A stretch of 32,000 nucleotides of DNA. Source: Candidatus Poseidoniaceae archaeon (GTDB taxonomy: Archaea > Thermoplasmatota > Poseidoniia > Poseidoniales > Poseidoniaceae). Each line of letters begins with the position of its first letter. Position 1 is the stretch's first letter. Location: positions 60,001 to 92,000 of the forward strand of contig CALSTM010000003.1 of assembly GCA_943789275.1 (NCBI GenBank), given 5' to 3'. The translations under genes and the position numbers were made by a program. Below the pieces are notes generated by a model. That model searched no databases, was not told the DNA's origin, and saw nothing but the letters and a program-made list of their open reading frames with translations. Below, piece after piece: positions 1 to 7,083 of this stretch.

Positions 1-460
1 GATTTTTACCGTTCAAGAAATAGATGTAATAACCGTCTGTTTTTACAAAGTCTGCTTCATCTACACCTTGCTCCTGATTGTTTGTACCGGAATAATCGGT
101 ACCTTCTGTGCGACGCGTTGTAGGTGCCGAGTTTCCACCTCCGTCAGCCGATTCGGCCATGACCATGTCATCATCCATCCACATGCCGCCGCCATAGTAG
201 TATTCATCTTTAACCGCTTGAAGAAGTTGAACTCTATACTCTTCTGCTATTGATGATTTAATTGAGTCTTCCAAATCCTCGCAGCTGTCATAGTGTGAAA
301 GGGTTGGGCTTGCAGCAGTTCTTTGAACAACTGTCGACCAATCATCGGGCAGCGTCACATCAGGTACTTCGACCTCTGCCTCGGGATTGACCATACCCAA
401 GCATCCTGAAAAAAGAAACAGGGAAACTAAAGAGAGAGCAAGTGCTTTATGTCCTTTCAT
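1..460 (-). CDS. Secreted beta-propeller-domain protein, N-terminal part only (gene runs off the left edge)
   Basis: Absent from the ORF track because it is open at the window edge. The reverse complement of 1..460 reads without stops from the ATG at 460..458: MKGHKALALSLVSLFLFSGCLGMVNPEAEV...RRTEGTDYSGTNNQEQGVDEADFVKTDGYYIYFLNGKN. It has a signal peptide with a lipobox-like SGC. The TN.Q..GVDEAD.VKTDG.YIY block matches my recollection of how the COG4880 'secreted beta-propeller' family begins. Confidence 0.7.
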   Translation of the reverse strand, partial: MKGHKALALSLVSLFLFSGCLGMVNPEAEVEVPDVTLPDDWSTVVQRTAASPTLSHYDSCEDLEDSIKSSIAEEYRVQLLQAVKDEYYYGGGMWMDDDMVMAESADGGGNSAPTTRRTEGTDYSGTNNQEQGVDEADFVKTDGYYIYFLNGKN

Positions 461-512
461 GGAGATACTATGGAACGCTTGCCTATGAAGGAATTGGTAA
501 ACTGGTTTTACA

Positions 513-1313
513 TTAAGCGATGTTTCGTTGAACGAGAATCTCTTGCCCATTCGTTGTTAATACCCAAGGCGATCGTCTTTTCGGCAGAACCTTCTCGATG
601 AACGATTCTTCACTTAGAGATTTGATATGGTACGACAGGAGTTGACGGGATAATTGAAGTTGCACAGCTATTTGAGCATTGGAAAGTCCGAGTTGTCCTG
701 CTTGAGAAAGCGTTTCCAATATAGCGAGGCGGGTGCCAATGACTGGGTGGGCCACCGCTGCTCTTTGCTCGTTCGAAAGATGTGCTGCAGCGTATCGTCG
801 GAGTTTACCGTCGCGCCATGAAATAATTTTGTTTTGTGCTTCCAACATTTGCAAATGATGTGCAGTTACTCCATTCGCCAGCTGTAACCCATCACGCAAC
901 GCTGAAAAATGAATGCCTGCGTTACCTTCAACAAAACCGAGAATTCTTCCCTTATTGAGTTCATCATTCCTTGTTTTTTTACTAATGAGTGGTGTAAATA
1001 AAGCCATCAATACGGCGACTTTTACGACCTCAATGATGCCCGTCCCTAGGAACAAAACAGCGAGAATCCCACTCCCTAAACCAATGAAAAGGCTTGACTC
1101 ACTCCCCCGTTCGTCCTGTCTTTCGCTGTACCTTTGTTCAAAGTCATCCTCAGAGGTGGAATCTGCCGCTTCTTCGAAACTTGCTTCTGGATACGGTTCC
1201 GCATCTCCGGTTAAGCCATCGGAAAGAGCAGATGGTTCGTCCATTGAAATTCCGAACATCAACGAAGCGATGGCGGCAATGAGGAAGAAACGTACAACCC
1301 AACTCCCGTTCAT
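513..1313 (-). CDS. Membrane-anchored transcriptional regulator with two winged-helix (ArsR/MarR-like) domains
   Basis: 266-aa ORF. N-terminal hydrophobic segment (VVRFFLIAAIASLMFGI), an acidic linker, and a second TM (IGLGSGILAVLFLGTGIIEVVKVAVLMALF). Two wHTH-like units follow: ILGFVEGNAGIHFSALRDGLQLANGVTAHHLQMLEAQNKIISWRDGKLRRY and TRLAILETLSQAGQLGLSNAQIAVQLQLSRQLLSYHIKSLSEESFIEKV. Confidence 0.65.
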   Translation of the reverse strand: MNGSWVVRFFLIAAIASLMFGISMDEPSALSDGLTGDAEPYPEASFEEAADSTSEDDFEQRYSERQDERGSESSLFIGLGSGILAVLFLGTGIIEVVKVAVLMALFTPLISKKTRNDELNKGRILGFVEGNAGIHFSALRDGLQLANGVTAHHLQMLEAQNKIISWRDGKLRRYAAAHLSNEQRAAVAHPVIGTRLAILETLSQAGQLGLSNAQIAVQLQLSRQLLSYHIKSLSEESFIEKVLPKRRSPWVLTTNGQEILVQRNIA

Positions 1314-1442
1314 ACGCTTGCATCCACCGCGGGCTTTTCAAGAACTTGGTTCATTGATTTGACAAAAAAGGCGTTCATTTGACGTTCGGTGAGACTAAGA
1401 CCGGTCGGACATTAGCGTATACGACGGTCGAGAGGGGTTTAT

Positions 1443-2009
1443 GTGCCGAGCCATTTAGAGATTGAACGACGATTCTTCTTGGACGAGGGTGCCACAAAGC
1501 CGTGGAAAATGGATGCTACCGCATCCAAAATACGCCAATACTATCTCCACAGTCCGGATATCAGTTTGGAAGAATTCTCCCTCTTCTATAAAAGTCACAA
1601 ACTGCTAAGCAACATCACTCCTGAACAAAAAATCATCTTCGAAGCAGCCAATGATTGGACCTCGCGGATTCGGTTTCGGGATGAGCATGCAACGCTCACT
1701 TTGAAAGGCAAGAGGACGCATTCATCTGCCGTTGAACTCGAATGGGCAATCGATGTTGCTGTTGCTGAACACCTCCTCGAGCAAATGGAGTGTCCGGCCG
1801 TGATCAAAACCAGATATCTGTGGACGGGGAGTGACGGCCTCGTGTGGGAGATTGACGTATTTGAGGGCGAGTTGCTCAACCTCATTATAGCAGAAGTAGA
1901 ATTGCCAAGCGAAGAGTTCCCAGTGGCCATCCCTTCATGGATTGGTGAAGAAATAACGGGCCATCATCAATGGTCGAACTCGAGTCTTGCTCGTAATGGC
2001 TGGCCGTGA
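1443..2009 (+). CDS. CYTH-domain protein (triphosphate tunnel metalloenzyme family)
   Basis: N-terminal EIERRF (ExExK-like signature with K replaced by R). Also RIRFRDEHATLTLKGKR and WEIDVFEGELLNLIIAEVELPSEE, the usual CYTH basic and acidic strands. GTG start. A GCGTATAC TATA-like element lies about 25 nt upstream. Confidence 0.8.
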   Translation: MPSHLEIERRFFLDEGATKPWKMDATASKIRQYYLHSPDISLEEFSLFYKSHKLLSNITPEQKIIFEAANDWTSRIRFRDEHATLTLKGKRTHSSAVELEWAIDVAVAEHLLEQMECPAVIKTRYLWTGSDGLVWEIDVFEGELLNLIIAEVELPSEEFPVAIPSWIGEEITGHHQWSNSSLARNGWP

Positions 2010-2010
2010 T

Positions 2011-3111
2011 TCACCGGTAATCCAATAATGCTTCAATGATCTGTTGTTGCTCATCTGCAGTCAATTCATGCATGACAGGTATGGCTACCAGTGAGGCGGC
2101 GGCGCGCTCGGTGATGTGGAGTTCAGTGTTGAATTGATGATGGGTGTTGTACACTTGTTGTCGATGACAGGGTACTGTGTAATAGCGTCGGGCGTCGATG
2201 CCTCGTTCATCCAAATGAGCAATCAGTTGGGTAGGGTTTTCTGTTTGAACACAATACTGGTGCCAGGCGTGTTGAGAACCCGGGCGGACTCTGGGGGCGT
2301 TGATGAGAGGTTGATTTACCAATGCCTCTGAATACCGTTCGGCATGTTGTCTACGACGGGCAACCCAGCGGTCAAGATGACGCAGTTGGGCCCTCCCAAT
2401 TGCAGCAGATACTTCCGACATCCGAAGATTGCTTCCAAGTTGAATCGCCTCGAGGTCTGGGCTTCTACCGTGATTGGTAATGCCAATTATTCGGTCTTGG
2501 AATTGAGTTTGTGTTGTGGTGAGCATTCCCCCTTCTCCCCCTACGGCCATGTTTTTTGAAGGGAAAAAAGAGAAGCAGCCAATATCGCCCATCGCTCCCG
2601 CCGTATGTGTGCTTCCATCTGCATATGTTTGGGCAGCACCGTGCGCCTGCGCAGCATCCTCAATCAATATTAGATTTTCTTTTCTGCATAATTCAACCAA
2701 TTCTGAACCATAAACTTGGCCAAATAAATGAACGCCGATGACCGCTTTTGTCTTCGGCGTTATTGCTTGCCGGACTTGCTCAACATCAAGGCAATAGTAG
2801 TCCGGCTCGATATCAACGAAAACGGGCGTTGCACCAACCAGTAGAACGCATGTGGTTGATGAAATAAACGTGAAAGAAGGGACTATTACTTCGTCACCTG
2901 GGCCAATTTCAGCGATCCGTAACGCTGCCCACAACGCAGATGAACCGTTTTGACACGGCATTGCCGTTAATGCTCCACAATGTTCTGCAAACTCCGTCCC
3001 AAATGCTGAACCTTGGGCTCCTTTGACCCATTGCTTCGAATCAAGCGTCGCTAACGCTGCAGAACGCATGTCACTGTCCCAAGTTGGGCGGGCCATCGGA
3101 ATGCGCTCCAT
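2011..3111 (-). CDS. DegT/DnrJ/EryC1/StrS-family PLP-dependent sugar aminotransferase
   Basis: Family-typical blocks: IPMARPTWD start, CQNGSSALWAAL, IEDAAQAHGA, and GCFSFFPSKNMAVGGEGGML containing the PLP lysine. The ORF track extends to 3219. I prefer the ATG at 3111 (MERIPMARP) because it gives the usual ~366-aa length and removes the overlap with the divergent gene. Confidence 0.85.
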   Translation of the reverse strand: MERIPMARPTWDSDMRSAALATLDSKQWVKGAQGSAFGTEFAEHCGALTAMPCQNGSSALWAALRIAEIGPGDEVIVPSFTFISSTTCVLLVGATPVFVDIEPDYYCLDVEQVRQAITPKTKAVIGVHLFGQVYGSELVELCRKENLILIEDAAQAHGAAQTYADGSTHTAGAMGDIGCFSFFPSKNMAVGGEGGMLTTTQTQFQDRIIGITNHGRSPDLEAIQLGSNLRMSEVSAAIGRAQLRHLDRWVARRRQHAERYSEALVNQPLINAPRVRPGSQHAWHQYCVQTENPTQLIAHLDERGIDARRYYTVPCHRQQVYNTHHQFNTELHITERAAASLVAIPVMHELTADEQQQIIEALLDYR

Positions 3112-3202
3112 GCTTCGGCCAATCCGCCGACCCCCTTGAGTCTGCTTCTCAAACGCCACAAGGAGCGCGCCCTTCAAGACCTGCAACTGGTTTGCCCCTC
3201 TC

Positions 3203-5647
3203 ATGGTGTCTGAGAACAACGGGTTCGATGAAGGCCCCGAGTCTTCAGAAGAACGCAGTTTGGCTGAGTTGGTTGGAGATATTCTTTCTCCAGACGTTGT
3301 TGAGAATGCCGAGGTCTCTGAATCGATTCAACCCCGCAAAAAAAGATTCAAGCCCCGGGGAATGTACTTGGGTAACCGAAGAGATACTGGAGAGCCCATA
3401 GACATCAAACCAATGGTGCTTGCACGGCACGCTGCCATGCTTGGTTCAACGGGTTCAGGGAAAACGGTGATGGCCAAGGCGCTCATTGAAGAAGCTGCTT
3501 TGGCAAAAATTCCGTCGCTCATTATTGACCCTCAGGGGGATTTGGCACGACTCGCTCTTGGCATTGAGCCCAGTGAATTGGAAGCGCAAGACGGGGATGT
3601 GGCTCGTGCAAAAAAATTACTCGATATGTGTGAGGTGAGAATTTGGACGCCGTTGAGGAGCAAGGGGCTGCCGCTCTGTATCGACCCGTTTCGAGCTCCC
3701 CCTGCCGACCTTGATGCAGAAGAAGCGATTACTGCATGGGATATGGTTGCTGCGGGATTCACGAGCCTCGCCGGCTATGATGTTGAGAAAGCTCAAGGGA
3801 AAGTCGTCAAGCCTTTCCTGTACGAAATACTCGTTGAGGGGACGAAGCATGGGCTCAATGTTGGTGACTTTCAGGCTTTGGCGCGGGTTGTTCGCGAACC
3901 AAATCAAGAGTTTACTCGTCAACTGTACCCCGAATGTTTCTATGAAGTTGAAGAGGGTGAAGAAAAGCCCGATGTTCCGACTTGGGACGAAGTGATGATG
4001 GAACACCGTCTTACTGATTTTGAAGAGCGGTTACCAAAGACGACTCGCAATGACCTTGCAAGAAGATTGTCTGCTTATTCCTCTGGAGTCAATCAGTTGC
4101 TTTTTTCCAACGGCGTACCAATCGATATCGATGCTTTCGTAGAGCCGGCAATTCCTGGGAAGATTCCGCTCAACATCGTCTATCTCAATACCATTCAGGA
4201 TGAGGCGCAAAAGCAGTATTTCGTACAAGAACTGTCTCGAGAGTTGTACGACTGGATGTTAACGCAACAACCTGCGGATGGAGAAATCAAACTGTTGTTT
4301 TTCATGGATGAAGTTGCTCCTTATCTGCCACCTCATCCACGCAACCCTCCGGCTAAAGATTTGATTAAATTGATTTTCAAACAGGCTCGAAAATACGGTG
4401 TAGCGTGTGTTTTAGCAACACAAAACGTCAGCGATGTGGATTACAAAATCCTCGCGCAAGCAAACACCACATTCATTGGTAGGTTTACGCAACCGCAAGA
4501 TGTAGAGAAGGTTCGTCACCTGCTCAAAGAAAGCGGTGGCGACCAAGATTTGGTCGCACAACTTCCTACACTTGGCCCAGGGCAATTCCAAATGGTAGCG
4601 CCGGATGTTGACCCTGCACCGGTCCCAATACAGTGCAGATGGCTCTACACCGACCACGGAGCGCCGTTGAATGAGGATCAAGTGGAAGATATCATTTCAG
4701 ATGAAATACGCGCTTGGGCAAAAACAAGGTCGTCCGGGAATACGAAAAACAGGGGTGCTGGAGCGGCACATGCAGCCAGCCGAGGCTCATCATGGAACAC
4801 CCAAGGTCTCGATGATGAATGGGCGGTTGGGAAAGCGGAGAGTATCGTTGAAAATGCTCGAATCAAAGCCGTTGGCGGTATGACGGCCGCTGCGCACGGC
4901 CTCATCGATGACTCTGCATTTGAAATCCGCCTCATGGGTGGATTTGCAGTATTGAAAGACGGTCGAGACCCATTGTATACGATGCAAGCGGCAGCGAATA
5001 TGGCTTCAGTGGTCGTCCTAGCGTGGACTATGGTCGCCCTGATGTTTGCTTGGAGAGACGGGAGTATTGATTGGTGGTGGTTGTTGCTCAGCATGGGGCT
5101 TTCCGGGGTAACCGGGCTGGTCATTACTTTGGAAACGCTCTTGTCACATGATGCCGAACTTTTGCATCGTCTCACTCGGTTTGCACGTACGTTTCAAATC
5201 GTACTGATTGGATGGTTGTGGGGCTTACTGGTGTGGAGTTCGTTCGGATCGCTCGATTTACGAGGTGCAGGGCCTTTACTCGAAATTGTCGTCGTATGGG
5301 TTACTACGTTCACTCTTATCGAGGTCGCACACCGATTCAGACTCGGGCGCATACGATGGAACGGAGGGTCGGCATTAGACAAACTCAAGGGAATGACTGC
5401 TGTTCTAACCGAAGTAGAAATTACTGAAATGAAGGCCAATTCGTCGCAAATAATGTCCGGGGTTCGATGGGGTCTTCACGGCATTACTATGCTTTGGTTG
5501 TGCATGTTGCTGATCTTGGGGCAGGGGACAATTCCTGCCGACACTGCGGACCAATGGGGGCGCCCTACGCTGTGGCTCGCCTCATTGTACGCACTCATGT
5601 TTGGCAGCGAAACATGGTTGCGGATGCGTGGGCGAATGCCCCAGTAG
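3203..5647 (+). CDS. HerA/DUF87-like P-loop ATPase fused to a C-terminal six-helix membrane domain
   Basis: Walker A GSTGSGKT (3443..3466) is followed by LIIDPQGDL, which resembles the DPHGEY motif of HerA/DUF87. Walker B KLLFFMDE (4292..4312). RKYGVACVLATQNVSDVD...ANTTFIGRF. From aa 594 (nt 4982) I count six hydrophobic helices, e.g. AANMASVVVLAWTMVALMFAW, WWWLLLSMGLSGVTGLVITL and FQIVLIGWLWGLLVWSSF. Confidence 0.75.
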   Translation: MVSENNGFDEGPESSEERSLAELVGDILSPDVVENAEVSESIQPRKKRFKPRGMYLGNRRDTGEPIDIKPMVLARHAAMLGSTGSGKTVMAKALIEEAALAKIPSLIIDPQGDLARLALGIEPSELEAQDGDVARAKKLLDMCEVRIWTPLRSKGLPLCIDPFRAPPADLDAEEAITAWDMVAAGFTSLAGYDVEKAQGKVVKPFLYEILVEGTKHGLNVGDFQALARVVREPNQEFTRQLYPECFYEVEEGEEKPDVPTWDEVMMEHRLTDFEERLPKTTRNDLARRLSAYSSGVNQLLFSNGVPIDIDAFVEPAIPGKIPLNIVYLNTIQDEAQKQYFVQELSRELYDWMLTQQPADGEIKLLFFMDEVAPYLPPHPRNPPAKDLIKLIFKQARKYGVACVLATQNVSDVDYKILAQANTTFIGRFTQPQDVEKVRHLLKESGGDQDLVAQLPTLGPGQFQMVAPDVDPAPVPIQCRWLYTDHGAPLNEDQVEDIISDEIRAWAKTRSSGNTKNRGAGAAHAASRGSSWNTQGLDDEWAVGKAESIVENARIKAVGGMTAAAHGLIDDSAFEIRLMGGFAVLKDGRDPLYTMQAAANMASVVVLAWTMVALMFAWRDGSIDWWWLLLSMGLSGVTGLVITLETLLSHDAELLHRLTRFARTFQIVLIGWLWGLLVWSSFGSLDLRGAGPLLEIVVVWVTTFTLIEVAHRFRLGRIRWNGGSALDKLKGMTAVLTEVEITEMKANSSQIMSGVRWGLHGITMLWLCMLLILGQGTIPADTADQWGRPTLWLASLYALMFGSETWLRMRGRMPQ

Positions 5648-5768
5648 CTGTTATCCAAATCGGTTTGTACGCCGTTATGATTTCTCGTTGGGGGTATGGC
5701 TTGTACGGGTGGCTCTCGGAATCAAACACTGTAATCACACCTCGCTTGCTTTGGGTTAAGTCGCGGAA

Positions 5769-5776
5769 TTGATATA
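5769..5776 (+). promoter_or_regulatory. TATA-box-like element (TTGATATA) for the tRNA-Leu gene
   Basis: TTGATATA ends 24 nt before tRNA position 1, so its centre is near -28. That is archaeal promoter geometry. The same octamer recurs at 5911..5918 and on the minus strand at 14875..14882. Confidence 0.55.
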
Positions 5777-5800
5777 CGCGCGTTCTAACGGTCGGTTCAA

Positions 5801-5887
5801 GCAGGGGTTGCCAAGCTTGGTCAACGGCGCTGGGATGAGGTCCCAGTCTCTATGAGTTCGCAGGTTCGAATCCTGCCCTCTGCACCA
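5801..5887 (+). tRNA. tRNA-Leu (anticodon GAG), type II with long variable arm, genomically encoded CCA
   Basis: Folded by hand. Acceptor stem GCAGGGG/CCTCTGC: 7 bp with one G-U. D stem of 3 bp (GCC/GGC) with GG in the loop. Anticodon stem CTGGG/CCCAG with loop A-T-GAG-G-T. Variable arm CTC-TAT-GAG. T arm GCAGG-TTCGAAT-CCTGC. Discriminator A followed by CCA. Confidence 0.9.
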
Positions 5888-5907
5888 TTCAAAACGATGT
5901 GAACGAC

Positions 5908-5912
5908 TTTTT
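5908..5912 (+). terminator. Oligo-T tract downstream of the tRNA (archaeal-type terminator candidate)
   Basis: A TTTTT run lies 21 nt after the tRNA 3' end. It overlaps the next TTGATATA box (5911..5918). Confidence 0.35.
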
Positions 5913-5918
5913 GATATA
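5911..5918 (+). promoter_or_regulatory. TATA-box-like element (TTGATATA) upstream of the TPM-domain gene
   Basis: Second copy of the octamer seen at the tRNA promoter. It sits about 80 nt upstream of the ATG at 5994, which implies a leader of roughly 50 nt if it is used. Confidence 0.35.
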
Positions 5919-5993
5919 TGAAAAAGAAGATTTCATCGGAAAAAACGACCCAACATTAAACCATTAAGCGACATAGGACGGTTTGGTGAACAT

Positions 5994-6599
5994 ATGCTGA
6001 GCGTGTGGAGATATTCCTTACCTTTACTGATTGTCGCACTCCTAAGTGCAAGTGTACTTGCGCCTGAGGCCCGTTCTGAGGTTACATATCCTGAAGATTC
6101 GAACATCTTCATTGTCGATGATGTTGACGCACTTACCTTGGATGAAAAACGCGACATAAACCAAGTTTGTGACGACCTTGAATACGATACTGGGACGGTA
6201 CTCGTGGCCATAATTATCAATTCAACAGCCGACTACACTTCTGGAAACGACTCAAACATGTCACTGGGTGAATTCAGTGAAGGCTTATTTGACGAATGGA
6301 AAATAGGAGATCAAGATTATCGCGACGGTTTGTTACTGGTGATTGCAACCAACCAGTCAGGAGACGGTTATGACTGGGTATATACCGGTGGCGACCATTG
6401 GTTGGAGTACTGGTATGTTCTCGAAGAGTGGGATGAAGACTTACCCGATTCGGTTTTTACGGACCTCAATAATTCCAACTGGTCCAGCGCAATAATGCCG
6501 ATGGTTACTTCGCTGTCCGACGATGTCGAAGAGTTCTGGTTCGAAAATCCCGGAATTGAACCCTTCGGTGATGAATTGGCAGAGCACACCAACTCTTGA
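5994..6599 (+). CDS. TPM-domain (TLP18.3/Psb32/MOLO-1 family) secreted protein, TPM part only
   Basis: Signal peptide MLSVWRYSLPLLIVALLSASVLAPEA. TPM-like blocks IFIVDDVDALTLDEKRDINQVCDDLEYDTGTVLVAIIINS and RDGLLLVIATNQSGDGY. The ORF stops at 6597..6599 before the TM helix and Gly-rich tail this family normally carries. Those elements are found downstream in other frames. Confidence 0.75.
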   Translation: MLSVWRYSLPLLIVALLSASVLAPEARSEVTYPEDSNIFIVDDVDALTLDEKRDINQVCDDLEYDTGTVLVAIIINSTADYTSGNDSNMSLGEFSEGLFDEWKIGDQDYRDGLLLVIATNQSGDGYDWVYTGGDHWLEYWYVLEEWDEDLPDSVFTDLNNSNWSSAIMPMVTSLSDDVEEFWFENPGIEPFGDELAEHTNS

Positions 6600-6889
6600 T
6601 GGGGGCGATGGGGGTGGAGAGGCTTCTTCTGACCTTGGCGATAGCCTTGTTGGAATCGTTGGTTGTCTTGGATGCCTCGGTGTTTTCGGTGCGGTTGGGT
6701 TTTTCATTGTTCGAGGTTCAGGCGGTGGATCGTCTGGAGTTGGTATGAGGCAAAACTACGGAAATAACCGTGGATGGCAACAACAACAACGGCTACTACC
6801 CAGGCGGCCAAGGTGGTTATCAGCAAAACAACTACTACATGGGCGGTAGCAACTCCAATTCAAACAGTCCACCTCCAAGCGGAAGCAGT

Positions 6890-7036
6890 GGTTCAAGCCG
6901 TGGTGGTGGCGGTTCAAGCCGTGGTGGCGGTGGTTCAAGCCGTGGTGGCGGTGGTTCAAGCCGTGGTGGCGGTGGTTCAAGCCGTGGTGGCGGTGGTTCA
7001 AGCCGCGGTGGCGGTGGTTCAAGCCGCGGTGGCGGT
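6890..7036 (+). repeat. Tandem repeat, 21-bp unit GGTTCAAGCCGTGGTGGCGGT x7, encoding (GSSRGGG)n
   Basis: Copies start at 6890, 6911, 6932, 6953, 6974, 6995 and 7016. Copies 2-5 are identical. Copy 1 has GGTGGC in place of GGCGGT. Copies 6-7 have CGC in place of CGT, which is synonymous. Confidence 0.95.
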
Positions 7037-7083
7037 GGTGGGCGACGAAGTGGTGGCGGCCGTAGAGGCCGATGAAATCCGCC

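Larger units (their letters stand above)
5994..7075 (+). pseudogene. Complete TPM-domain membrane protein reconstructed across three frames (TPM domain, TM helix, Q/N/Y/G-rich and RGG tail); frameshifted gene, assembly indels or recoding
   Basis: Frame of 5994 holds the TPM domain and ends at 6599. Frame of 6523 holds DGGDGGGEASSDLGDS plus the TM helix LVGIVGCLGCLGVFGAVGFFIV (6646..6711) plus RGSGGGSSGVGMRQNYGNNRGW. Frame of 6770 holds NNNNGYYPGGQGGYQQNNYYMGGSNSNSNS plus (SSRGGGG)n and ends at 7075. Together these give the canonical TPM-TM-Gly-tail architecture, joined by two +1 frame changes near 6575..6600 and 6770..6785. Confidence 0.6.

Noticed and set aside
68-253. Track ORF of 61 aa on the plus strand (MLLIVCTGIIGTFCATRCRC...)
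   Set aside because: Cys/Arg-rich, implausible sequence. It lies fully inside the much better supported minus-strand partial gene (1..460), which has a signal peptide and a family-typical motif.
913-1362. Antisense or alternative-frame ORFs inside real genes (examples: 913..1362, 4678..5175, 8032..8463, 10134..10490, 16114..16590, 17354..17752, 20555..20950, 21431..21845)
   Set aside because: They lie wholly within longer ORFs that carry recognisable domain motifs. Their translations are compositionally skewed (Ser/Arg/Cys-rich) and carry no motifs.
3112-3219. 36-codon N-terminal extension of the DegT-family ORF, overlapping the start of the HerA-like gene
   Set aside because: The extension (MFSDTMRGANQLQVLKG...) precedes the family-typical MERIPMARP start and would make the divergent genes overlap. 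The internal ATG at 3111 gives a normal length.
5467-5772. 101-aa plus-strand ORF spanning the end of the HerA-like gene and the tRNA promoter
   Set aside because: It overlaps the 3' end of a well-supported gene in another frame, runs through the TATA-like box, and has no motif support.
5648-5993. The tRNA as an integration hotspot (integrase, att repeats, island boundary)
   Set aside because: No integrase or recombinase-like ORF lies on either side. I could not find a duplicate of the tRNA 3' end elsewhere in the window, although this was a visual scan only.
6890-7036. Possible CRISPR array or other non-coding repeat
   Set aside because: The repeats are contiguous with a 21-bp period and no spacers. 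The period is a multiple of 3, they lie within an open frame, and there are no cas genes in the window.
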